Shown: positions 8,562-18,500 of the stretch, one piece after another
How the letters are laid out: each line of letters begins with the position of its first letter
Numbering within the stretch: position 1 is the stretch's first letter
Assembly: GCA_018302265.1 (NCBI GenBank)
Contig: JAGVZV010000029.1
Location: forward strand, 1 to 34,049
DNA from: Candidatus Woesearchaeota archaeon
Lineage (GTDB): Archaea; Nanobdellota; Nanobdellia; SCGC-AAA011-G17; JAFCDX01
Direction: 5' to 3'
DNA length: 34,049 nucleotides
Notes under the pieces: generated by a model
Told to the model about the DNA's origin: nothing
The model's database searches: none
The model's input: only the letters and a program-made list of their open reading frames with translations
Position numbers and translations under genes: made by a program

Positions 8562-9212
8562 ATGAAAGAGAATAATGATGTGTTGAAAACAGGAACTACA
8601 ACTGTTGGCATTGTATGCAGTGACGGTTTGATACTAGCTGCAGATAAGAGAGTAACAGTTGGGATGGGATATGTGATTAATCACGATATTGAAAAAGTGA
8701 TTATTCTAAGCGATAACATAGCTGTAACTATGGCAGGCAATGTATCTGATGTTCAATTATTGCTGAAATTACTGAAAGCAGAAATACAGATCAAGAAAAT
8801 GAGGCGTGAAAAAGAAGGCTCTGTAAAAGAAGCTGCTAATCTATTGGCAAGAATGGTATATAATAACATAAGAAAGATGTCGATGCTGCAGGGTGTATCG
8901 CACTTTATTCTTGGCGGAAGAGATGAAAATGGTTTTCACTTATATGATATATACCCGGATGGCTCTATAAATGAGGTAAAAACTTATGTTTCTTCTGGTT
9001 CGGGTTCTCTAGCAGGGGCTTACTCTGTTTTTGATACTCTTTACAGAGAAGGAATCACAATTGCTGAGGGCATCAAACTGGCTGGCAAGGCAATTAATGC
9101 AGCATTGCAGCGAGACGTGTTTTCCGGTGATGGGATTGATATAGTTACAATAACCGACAAAGGCATCAAGAAGGTATTGACTAAACTATTAAACACAAGA
9201 CTGGAAATTTAA
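8562..9212 (+). CDS. psmB: Proteasome subunit beta
   Basis: KTG|TTTVG propeptide site, LAADKR, SGSGS, RD..SGDG; adjacent to aCPSF1 as is conserved in archaea. Confidence 0.96.
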   Translation: MKENNDVLKTGTTTVGIVCSDGLILAADKRVTVGMGYVINHDIEKVIILSDNIAVTMAGNVSDVQLLLKLLKAEIQIKKMRREKEGSVKEAANLLARMVYNNIRKMSMLQGVSHFILGGRDENGFHLYDIYPDGSINEVKTYVSSGSGSLAGAYSVFDTLYREGITIAEGIKLAGKAINAALQRDVFSGDGIDIVTITDKGIKKVLTKLLNTRLEI

Positions 9213-9237
9213 TTATGTTTTTCTTAAAATAAAAAAA

Positions 9238-11142
9238 ATGACAAATATACTGGATGAAATAACTAAGTTGCTCCCTGATAAAGAGAAGGCTGGCATCAGC
9301 GACTCTTATTTTGAAGGAGCAAATATAGTTCTTTATACAAAAAATAAGGAATTTTTTCTTGATAATAATGGACTGATAAGGGAGATTGTAGATAAAATCA
9401 AGAAAAGGGTTGAATTAAGGTGCGATCCTTCTATAGTGGAAAGCGAGGAAAAATCCAAAACTGTGATAGACAAATTACTGCCCAAGGAAGCAGGTATTGG
9501 CAATATAATATTTGATCCTCAGAGATCTGTGGTTATAATAGAAGTAAAAAAACCCGGGCTAGCAATAGGCAAATCAGGGGACATATTAAAAGAAATAAGG
9601 AAACAAACACTCTGGGTTCCAATAATAAACAGGACTCCAGCGCTGAAATCAACAATTATAGAAAATATCAGGACGGTATTATACGAGAATAATGATTACA
9701 GGAAGAAGTTTCTTAACAAAACAGGAAAGAGGGTTTATGAGGGATATACGCGGGACAGAAAACACGAGTGGGTTCGTGTAAGTTTTCTTGGCGGAGCAAG
9801 AGAAGTAGGAAGATCCTGCTTATTATTACAAACGCAGGAATCAAGAATATTAATGGATTGCGGAATCAATGTTGCTGCTCCAGAAGAGGAAGCATATCCG
9901 TATCTTGATGCTCCAGAATTTAAGCTGGAAGACATAGACGCTATTATAGCAACTCATGCACACATAGATCATATAGCTATGATTCCATTATTGTATAAGT
10001 ATGGATTTACAGGACCTACTTACGCAACAGAACCAGTTCGTGATATCATGGCTCTATTGTGCCTTGATTATATTGAGATTGCGCAAAAAGAGGGAAGGAA
10101 GGTTCCGTATTCCAGCACTGACATAAAAAATATGGTCAAGCATACTATATGCCTGGATTATGAGGAGGTTACTGATATAACCCCGGATGTCAGGTTAACT
10201 TTGTACAATTCAGGGCACGCCCTTGGAGCATCAATGGCACACCTGCATATTGGAGAGGGATTGCATAATTTGTTGTATACTGGTGATTTTAATTTTGAAC
10301 TTACTAATCTGCTTGCTCCAGCTGCAACAAAATTCCCAAGGCTCGAAACCTGCATAATGGAAAGCACTTATGGTGGATCAGACGACAAGATCACAACAAG
10401 AGACGAATCAGAGCAGCAGTTCATCAAAGTTGTCAAGGAAACCGTTGCAAAGAACGGAAAGATACTGATGCCTATTCTTGGTGTTGGAAGATCGCAGGAA
10501 ATAATGCTGATAATTGAAAGATTGATCAGGGAGGGGAAATTAGACAAAATACCCATCTACATGCAGGGAATGTGCTGGGATGTTACTGCAATACACACAG
10601 CATATCCGGATTTTTTCAATATGAAAATAAAGAAGCAGATATTCCATCAGGATGTTAATCCATTCTTGTCTGAAATCTTCAAAAGAGTTGGATCGCAAAA
10701 AGAAATGGAGCAGGTGATGACAGAATCAGGACCATGCATAATAATGGCAACATCCGGTATGATGCAGGGCGGTCCATCTGTCGAGTATTTCAAGAAATTG
10801 GCTGATAATAAAAATAATGCCCTTATCTTTACTTGTTACCAGGGTGAGGGATCCTTGGGAAGACGATTAGAACAGGGAGATAAGCAGATTAATCTTGGAA
10901 ATATGGACAAGCCCGAGATTATCGAAGTGAAAATGTCTGTAAATTCAATAAAGGGATTTTCAGGGCACTCAAATAGGGAGCAATTAATGAATTTTGTTTA
11001 TAGATTGGATCCAAGACCGAAAAAAATAATTGTTGTCCATGGTGAGAGCTCAAAATGTCTTGACTTGGCAAGCTCTATACACAAGCAGAACAGAATCGAA
11101 ACAAATGCTCCAAAGAATCTGGAAGTAATCAGGTTAAGGTAA
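9238..11142 (+). CDS. fttA: Beta-CASP ribonuclease aCPSF1 (FttA)
   Basis: Two KH domains (KPGLAIGK), LGGAREVGRS, HAHIDH, GH.LG, MESTYG, FSGHS, VHGE. Confidence 0.96.
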   Translation: MTNILDEITKLLPDKEKAGISDSYFEGANIVLYTKNKEFFLDNNGLIREIVDKIKKRVELRCDPSIVESEEKSKTVIDKLLPKEAGIGNIIFDPQRSVVIIEVKKPGLAIGKSGDILKEIRKQTLWVPIINRTPALKSTIIENIRTVLYENNDYRKKFLNKTGKRVYEGYTRDRKHEWVRVSFLGGAREVGRSCLLLQTQESRILMDCGINVAAPEEEAYPYLDAPEFKLEDIDAIIATHAHIDHIAMIPLLYKYGFTGPTYATEPVRDIMALLCLDYIEIAQKEGRKVPYSSTDIKNMVKHTICLDYEEVTDITPDVRLTLYNSGHALGASMAHLHIGEGLHNLLYTGDFNFELTNLLAPAATKFPRLETCIMESTYGGSDDKITTRDESEQQFIKVVKETVAKNGKILMPILGVGRSQEIMLIIERLIREGKLDKIPIYMQGMCWDVTAIHTAYPDFFNMKIKKQIFHQDVNPFLSEIFKRVGSQKEMEQVMTESGPCIIMATSGMMQGGPSVEYFKKLADNKNNALIFTCYQGEGSLGRRLEQGDKQINLGNMDKPEIIEVKMSVNSIKGFSGHSNREQLMNFVYRLDPRPKKIIVVHGESSKCLDLASSIHKQNRIETNAPKNLEVIRLR

Positions 11143-11176
11143 TCTTTATAAATTATAAAATTTATTTCTTTTACAT

Positions 11177-11384
11177 GCCGAGGTGGCACAACCTGGTAAT
11201 GCGCTGACATAACAAAATTATGGTGCAAGATTGCTATCAAGCATTTACTGATTGATGCGTTATGCTGAATATGAAGTAAATTACCACGCAAACATCCAGT
11301 GTCCTTACGGACTTGGGGGTTCAAAAGAGCTTTTCTTAAAAGAAAAGTTCGCAAAAGAAAGTTCTGAAATTCCCCCCCTCGGCG
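11177..11384 (+). tRNA. tRNA-Ser(GCT) with three introns (29/30: 11207-11228; 37/38: 11237-11293; 59/60: 11326-11370)
   Basis: Spliced 84-nt product: acceptor GCCGAGG/CCTCGGC, anticodon arm CTGGA-TTGCTAA-TCCAG, variable arm GTCC/GGAC, T arm GGGGG-TTCAAAT-CCCCC, discriminator G. Bulge-helix-bulge-type junctions at all three sites; no encoded CCA. Confidence 0.92.
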
Positions 11385-11539
11385 TTATAATTCAAATTCA
11401 AAGCCTCAGGGTACCTTAGGGGTATCTAAGTTTTAAAAAGAAGTCTTATGGAAAATGATAAATCTGCCCTCAAAAGTAAAATTCAAGTTTGGATGGGAGC
11501 ATAGATAGATTTATATACTACTTAATAAAAGTAACATAT

Positions 11540-12223
11540 ATGGCAAATAAATCAATTATACTAATAAGCATAATTTTTGTAATGGTTTCTTCTCTAGCAT
11601 ATGCAGATTCAGTTACGTCTGAACTTGGAGCAATAACATCTGCATCAGCATGCAATTCAGGATGGAAATGTCAACTTCCTTATTTTATGGCTTATAGATC
11701 GTCAACATGCAGCTGGAGCGACAGGGAATATTGCTTGTTCGGATGTTCAGTAGGCAAATGCATAATAAAACCAATAAAGATAGTGGGTGATAGCGATTGT
11801 GTTCTAAAAACAAACCAGGCACTTACACTTTTGAAAAAAGAAGCAAGAGTACATTATAATGTTGTAACTAAATCTGTAGGGGTTATAAAATGTGTAGACA
11901 AGGGTTTTGGAATATATGTGGGAATAAATCCCCCAAAATATGTGGTTGGAAAAGCTACAATAAATGCAGGCACAATCTGGTATGCAAGCACGATAGTCCA
12001 TGATGCATGCCACTCAAAACAATATCATGATTATCGGGTAGACCATCCATATGCTACAGTGCCTTTGAAGATATATACTGGAAAAAATGCAGAAGCTTTA
12101 TGCCTTAATGCACAGTATGATGCTTTGGTTAAAATTGGTGCGAATCAAATAATTTTAGATCACATAAAAAACATCATAAACTCTGAATACTGGGAAATTC
12201 CTAAAAAAGACAGATGGTGGTAA
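11540..12223 (+). CDS. Secreted Cys-rich protein with a zincin-like domain (HDACH variant motif)
   Basis: Signal peptide from ATG 11540, a six-Cys module, and STIVHDACH followed by a distal AE. Confidence 0.65.
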   Translation: MANKSIILISIIFVMVSSLAYADSVTSELGAITSASACNSGWKCQLPYFMAYRSSTCSWSDREYCLFGCSVGKCIIKPIKIVGDSDCVLKTNQALTLLKKEARVHYNVVTKSVGVIKCVDKGFGIYVGINPPKYVVGKATINAGTIWYASTIVHDACHSKQYHDYRVDHPYATVPLKIYTGKNAEALCLNAQYDALVKIGANQIILDHIKNIINSEYWEIPKKDRWW

Positions 12224-12295
12224 GCAAATTATTGCTTTATTTACTATTTAATGCTCTCAGAAGGTTTTTAAATATAAAAATTAACAATTAAACCT

Positions 12296-13345
12296 ATGAA
12301 AAAGAAGGGGTTAGTGATTCTAATATTTATAATTCTATTATTAATTTTAGTGATGTTAATAGTTGGATTTTTTACAGGAACTGCTGAAAGAAAAATAGTT
12401 GAAAATAATTCTAATGATAATGTTACATCTGTTGTTGAAAATGAGGAGAATATAACTACCCCAATAAAAGTTGAGCAAAAAGTAGAAATAAATAAAGATA
12501 TTGAAAAAATAGTTGAAGAATATAAGAAAAATCCAGATTTAAATTTAACTAAATCTATTGAAAGTTTGCCTAATATCAAAACTTCTAGCGGAGGGTATAA
12601 AATAGGGAGTAAATGGATTGAACAAACAGTTATAAGATTATTTGATGAACAAGAATTAGTAAGGGTTGATATTACTGGAGGTAATATAGATAATATTTTA
12701 TCTAGTTTAGGAAATGATTTTCAAGCCGAAGAAATAGCTAGAGATATCGGTGCTTTTAAAGGAAATATTACCAAAGATGGATTCATTAAATTATTAAACG
12801 ATCCTAATGTTGATGTAATAGAAATACCAAAAATAGTAAGTGCTCTACTTGATTATAGTATTTTATAGTATTCCATTAATAAATATAGATAAAATATCTG
12901 ATGATTTTAAAGGTGATGGACAAACTATTTGTTTAATAGATTCAGGAGTTGATAAAACCCATATGGCTTTATCTGGTAAAGTTATAGGAGAACATTGTTT
13001 TTGTAGTGAAAGAGATGGTTTATCTCCTCACTGTTGTCCAAATAATTCTACAGAACAAAATGGTGATGAAAGCGCATTAGATAATAATGGTCATGGAACA
13101 CATGTTGCGGGAATCATTGTTTCTGATGATATAAGTTATAGGGGAGTTGCTCCTAATTCAAAGATAGTTGCTGTTAAAATTTTAAATTCTACAGGAAAAA
13201 TATATCCATATGATATCTCATCTGCAATAAATTGGTGTGTTTCAAATAAAAATAAATATCATATTACAATAATTAGTTTGAGTCTTGGTGAAGGAGCTTA
13301 TACCAGTCAAAGCAATTGCGATCAGCAATCAGAAAGTTTAGCAGC
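12296..13345 (+). pseudogene. Subtilisin-like (S8) protease, frameshifted and 3'-truncated
   Basis: MKKKG-TM leader and prodomain. A 10-bp duplication TTATAGTATT (12853-12872) shifts the frame. IDSG and HGTHVAG are present; the GTSMA serine motif is absent. Confidence 0.85.
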
Positions 13346-13498
13346 ATCCAAGGAAATTGCAGATACATCCGCTCCAGAATCTAACAGAGCAACTGTCTCG
13401 AATCTTTCCTTTCCCTCCAGCAAAATAGGAATTGAAGGTGTCTTGACTGTTGATCCATCAGGTCTTTTAACACTTTTATATTTAAAAGAGACAGTCAT
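13322..13498 (-). pseudogene. Retropepsin-like aspartyl protease, N-terminal fragment (58 aa)
   Basis: MTVSFKYKSVKRPDG..TPSIPILL..VALLDSGADVSAI; starts 1 nt after the DUF5678-like gene. Confidence 0.75.
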
Positions 13499-13499
13499 T

Positions 13500-13694
13500 T
13501 TAGAAAATCATTGTTTCTTTATCAGGAACTCTTGTTAATAATGGTCTTTCATTAGGGCACTTTTCTTTAGCTTCTTGAAACACCTTCTTAATGCTGTTTC
13601 CATGAGAAATAATCTTCTGATTGCATATAGCTATCCATTGCCCGATATAACCGTCAAGGTCTGCTTTCATGAAAAACTGATAGTTCTTGTCCAT
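13500..13694 (-). CDS. DUF5678-like small protein
   Basis: YIGQWIAICNQKIISHG..KKVFQEAK..P pattern; GAGGT Shine-Dalgarno and GAAAGATTTATAAAG promoter upstream. Confidence 0.75.
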   Translation of the reverse strand: MDKNYQFFMKADLDGYIGQWIAICNQKIISHGNSIKKVFQEAKEKCPNERPLLTRVPDKETMIF

Positions 13695-13903
13695 GGTTTT
13701 ATACCTCTTTAAATTGAAGATGCTTATTTTCTTTATAAATCTTTCTGAGGTAAATAACAGTCCTTTGAATTATCTTCCCCACAACCACAATCTTTATTTA
13801 GAAGCTCAACTTCTTTGATTACAAAGTTGTTCATAAAGTTCAATGTTCAGGAAATTGTGCAACTTTAGGTTACAGCAGATTGTGAAATCACTCCCCTCGG
13901 CGT

Positions 13904-14458
13904 TTATTTTATAACATGATCCATTTCCAATTGTCTTATTATTTCCTCTGCAATTGGCTTTTCTGATGAATGCAAGTAGCTAATGACTTCGTCTTTGCCG
14001 CGCCATTTTTTGTCGTATAAATCATCTCCTAACCTAATCTTATTTCTTCTCCCAAGATATTCTATAACAAAATATGATAAGATTTTTCCAACATTTCCTC
14101 TGTCTTTGTAGTAAGCTAGTGTTTCCTCAAAAAATTTTCTTACCCATCTTATCTTTGTGTCTGTTGGTGTTCCGAAATCTTTTACTCCAAGCTCCTCACG
14201 CAATTCTCTTAGCAGGGCTGCTTCTAATGACTCTCCATCATTCACTCCCCCTTGGACAAATCCCCAACAATTTCCCCAATGTAATTTTTTTACGAGAAGA
14301 AATTCATTGTTTTGGTAAATAACTCCGGCAACAGTTTTTCTGTACCTTTCGAAAGATAATCCTTCATATTTTACTTTTCCTTCAGTTTGTTTACTTGAAT
14401 CTGGTTGTAAGTTTAAGCTACCAAATCGTTTCTTTTGCGTTTCAATTTGTTCGTGCAT
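13904..14458 (-). CDS. NUDIX hydrolase (RppH-like)
   Basis: QGGVNDGESLEAALLRELREELG NUDIX box. Confidence 0.9.
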   Translation of the reverse strand: MHEQIETQKKRFGSLNLQPDSSKQTEGKVKYEGLSFERYRKTVAGVIYQNNEFLLVKKLHWGNCWGFVQGGVNDGESLEAALLRELREELGVKDFGTPTDTKIRWVRKFFEETLAYYKDRGNVGKILSYFVIEYLGRRNKIRLGDDLYDKKWRGKDEVISYLHSSEKPIAEEIIRQLEMDHVIK

Positions 14459-14512
14459 GGTCTCCTTTGCTAAAAGAGTTATATAAAAATATTTATCTTC
14501 TTTAAAATATAT

Positions 14513-15400
14513 TTAACTTCTCAAGAATGTGTCTACTGGAACAAAAATAGTCTGCACTATTTCCTGCGGCTGATTTGGATTGGAGTTTGTTTTATAGATA
14601 GAATATTCCTCTGAAAAACCCTCTTGCTCGTTTGTGTAAGCGTACTCTGTTGACAATAAATTATTTTCTTTTAATATCTGATAATCTGCTTTCCATATAT
14701 CCAGATTGTTTTGGTTATTCAAGAAAAAATTCTTGTAAATTATATGCGCTATCTCATGATAAATAACACGCACATCATTTGTTGCATTATAAATCAAGAT
14801 GTAATCGTACAAGGAATAATAAGCTCCAAGTATCTGTTTTTCCTCGTCTGTCAATGGCTGCTCGTCCTTGAAATAGAAAAATGGAATCCCTAATCTTGAA
14901 TAGTCCTCCTGATCATCAGCAACCTGCATAAAAAGGGGCTTCATACGCGCGTAAACCATCTCATTCTGGTATAAAACAAGAGTTCCGTGATACACTTCCT
15001 GTATTATTTTACTATCCCCTATGGTTTGTAATGATTTTACTAATTCAGTTAATTGAGCCTCCTTGTATTTGTTTTCTTCTTCTAATTTTTCAATTTCCTG
15101 GTTTGCATTTACAATAACATCCTCTTTTTTCTCTAATTCCTGCGCATAATTTGTTACTTGCTTATTTAAATTAGAAATTTGAGATTCTCTTTGTTTCAGG
15201 GTAAAATTAAGATAATTAATGTCTTGTATTGCATTGCTTAAACTCCCGGTTAAGTCACTTATGTGATAGTATGCGCTTTTAAGATCCTGGTTTTGCTGCA
15301 AGATTGCATCTCTCTTTAGCGTGTTATCATATATAAGATAGGTACTTAGTAGTACTAAAATTATGGTTATTGAAAAAAAGAAAAGATTTTTGTACCTCAT
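14513..15400 (-). CDS. Membrane-anchored coiled-coil Zn metallopeptidase (anthrax lethal factor/ATLF-like zincin)
   Basis: N-terminal TM, heptad-rich stalk, YHEIAH, and STEYAYTNEQEGFSE. Confidence 0.7.
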   Translation of the reverse strand: MRYKNLFFFSITIILVLLSTYLIYDNTLKRDAILQQNQDLKSAYYHISDLTGSLSNAIQDINYLNFTLKQRESQISNLNKQVTNYAQELEKKEDVIVNANQEIEKLEEENKYKEAQLTELVKSLQTIGDSKIIQEVYHGTLVLYQNEMVYARMKPLFMQVADDQEDYSRLGIPFFYFKDEQPLTDEEKQILGAYYSLYDYILIYNATNDVRVIYHEIAHIIYKNFFLNNQNNLDIWKADYQILKENNLLSTEYAYTNEQEGFSEEYSIYKTNSNPNQPQEIVQTIFVPVDTFLRS

Positions 15401-15522
15401 ATTCGCTGATTTAAGAATGAGTTCTTAAACTTTACTCTTTTAATATGCAAATTAGGTTATGGAAAGCTTTAAATACTATTTATGATACTATTTTGCAATG
15501 ATAAATGAGTGGTGAATGATAA

Positions 15523-18500
15523 ATGGTCAAAGAAAAAACTCCAAAAACTCCACAATCCAAAACTAATGTAATTCCAGCAAGTGAGTCAGACAATAAACAA
15601 TGCTTGCAGTTATTCCCGTTTTATTTCTTACCAGCAAATAAAAATTTTGAAGAATTTGAAAATATATACGGCTCTCTTGGAGAACCTAAAAAGAAAGAAG
15701 TACTTACTCCACAAGATAAACATGATGCAGGCTTTGTTGAGACTGGAACAAAAAATAATCCGGCAAATCCTAGAGATTATAAATTTGGTGAAGCACTTGT
15801 ACCAGATGATAAATTAAAAGGAGAGCAACCCGGTCAAGGCGGTCATTTTTCTGAGGTTGATGATAGATACAATAAGAATAAAGAACCAGCACCAAATGCA
15901 CAAACAGCAAAGGGCAGTCCTTCAAGATTTAAAAAATGGGCAAAGAGAGCAGTAGTTGGATTAGCTGCAACAGCTTTAATTTCTACTGGAATAGGCTATT
16001 GCAGAGGGGAAAAAGTTTGTTACGATATAACCAATAAAAAAGTAGCAACAATGTGTTATGCTCAGCAAACTCCTGGCTTAAACAGGATAGATTTTATACA
16101 AAATTCTAATTTAATTAATAATCACAACCGAATGTATGCTGCAAAGAATGAGACATTGGATAAGAAATTTTTAGCCCAATTTAGTGAAGAGGAGAAAAAT
16201 TTATCTGCGATTCCAGTAAGTTACGAAGCACAAGATGTTCCAAAAGAAGCAGAACAAGTTAAGGAAACAACAGGATTCCCACAAGTAACTGGAAAAGTAG
16301 TAAAGAAAAAGGAAAAAATAACAACCTCGGGATATGCAGTAAGGCACCCAGGAATAGAAGAAATGGGATTGAGCCTGCATTTTGAAGGTGGAAAATTATA
16401 CTATCTGGTAAATTCAGATGTGCTTGAATTTTCAAAATCAGATGGAAGAGGCCTTGAAGCTATTGTTTATGCGCCAGATGAATTTAATCTTGCCCCATTA
16501 AAAGCAGAGTTTAATGAATGCGGTCTTTCATCCATAGATCTTGGAAAAGATGCAGGGAAATATCAATTAGCAGCAGTAGCACTAAAACAAGCTCCAACAA
16601 GCCCTGTCGATAGAGTTGAAGGTCAAGGTCTAATTATTGCATCTTCAAGATTTGACACTAACATTCAAGATAAGAATATACAAACTCAGCTTGAAAAAGG
16701 ATATGAATGCATAACTCCAAAAGACAAAGAGCAGCTAGAGGGTGTAATTGGAGAAGTTGCTGAGAATACAGCTCCAGCAATGTTTAATGCATTGGATATA
16801 AGAAAAGCTAAGATAGGAGAACCCTTTGAAGCATATGCCTTTGCAATAGATAAAGAGGATTCAGCAAGCATTGTTGTGAGGGGAATTCCAGGAAGAGATG
16901 ACAATAAAAAATATAATTTTGGAACAGAAAGTGCTGATGTTGATATAAACACAATACCTCCATTGGCTGAAATAGTAAGAGCAAATAAAGTGGTAGTAAG
17001 CTCATACAGAGTCATTTCAGAAAATCCAATAAAAGATGATTTTGTTACTGGATTGTGCGCGCTAGACCAGAATCACGAGGATATATCTGTAGAAAAACAG
17101 TGTTCGGATTATGCTGTTACCTTTGATAAAGAAGATGGAAAGGCAACTGTTAGCGTAGTTTCTGCTCAGGAGCAGGGGCCTGATGTTATTGCTAAAGAAA
17201 AAGTTTCTTCAGCAGCGCACGGGAAAAGAAGAGTACATTCAATATGGGATGCTTGGTCTCCATCACAAAGCAGAAGCACAATAACAGAAGAGACGATAAC
17301 TGAAGGTCAGCCTATAGGTCTTGAAGAAACAGTTGTAGTTGCTGGAACAGCAGCTAAAGCGCAGGAAGATGGGTTTGAGATGCAGCTTAGAAGAAGATTC
17401 CCATTGAGAAATCAAAATTACATTGATCTTGAAAAAGCAGTTAAGAATCCAGATGAGCTAAGGAGATTCTACATTCCAGAAGAGAACTATGGAAGAGGTT
17501 ATGTTGTGCATATGCTTAATGCAGACCAAAACCAGGATAAAAAGATTGTATTCACAAATTATTTTGAGGATGGAACATCTGTATCAAAATTATTAAAAAT
17601 AAACAGACATGGCAGTGTTAAGATTAAAAAGAGAATGCTTGAAGGGGCAGTTTCTACTATAGAAGATCCTGTCAGCCATGATTTACTGGCTGTCAAAAAC
17701 GTGGACGGAAAGCTGCAGGCCTATTACATTTATGATTCTTCCGAAACTGTAGTTCCATACGATACACTTGACGAAAATAAAGATGCATCAACGGAATTGC
17801 CAGAAGGGGATTATGGATTAAGGCCAAGCGCAGAGAGATTCATGCATGATAATTATATGGTAAAAGTAAGCCTTAATGGCGAAGAAAGAACTTCTAATGA
17901 AGATGAAGTTGAATTCAGCCTTAAGGGTGGGGATGAATTAAATATTAAAACAGAAGGGCATTCGCCTCCAGAAAGAGCATACTACAATGAGATAAAGATA
18001 AAAGTAGAGAAGAACAGAGAGGAAAAACAGACAGAAGAATCCAAAAAAACTCAGGAAGTTAAAGAGGATGCTCCTAAAGTTTCATTAAGCAGAGAAACCA
18101 GATTGCCAAAAGTAAGTTATGAAGCAGGGGTTTCATTAAGCGATAACAGCGGGAAGGTTGAATCTTCAGCATGGGAAAATGAATACCAAGAATCAGGATA
18201 CGAAGGGAATATTGATGTATCATACTTAATTAAGGATGCTTTAAGGCTTGGGATTACAACCAGGTTCGGGCAATCAGAATCAGACATAGACAATATTGGA
18301 GAGGCTGATACAACAACTCTTAGCATAGGCGGTTATGGAGATTTAAGATTGGATAAAAATCAAACCAATCTAAGATTGTTTGGACTGTATGACAGGACAA
18401 ATGAGAAATCAAAAATAGAATTATTGGGATCCAATATTGAACAGGATGCCATAACAGACAGAATGCTTGGGGATGTGCAGCTTGATGTTAATGGTCTTGG

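Larger units (their letters stand above)
11365..13904. mobile_element. Decayed tRNA-integrated island bounded by a 22-bp imperfect repeat
   Basis: TGAAATTCCCCCCCTCGGCGTT (11365-11386) vs TGAAATCACTCCCCTCGGCGTT (13883-13904), 19/22 identical; no integrase visible. Confidence 0.55.

Noticed and set aside
10998-11354. 118-aa minus-strand ORF, or a protein encoded in a tRNA intron
   Set aside because: It is antisense to aCPSF1 and the tRNA, and the introns are only 22-57 nt.
13733-13834. 33-aa minus-strand ORF with CGC (MNNFVIKEVELLNKDCGCGED...)
   Set aside because: It is short, resembles no family I know, and its end overlaps the promoter of the DUF5678-like gene.
13883-13904. Separate tRNA or split-tRNA 3' half
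   Set aside because: The T-stem strand is degenerate (ACTCC), and no upstream arms or complementary leader were found.
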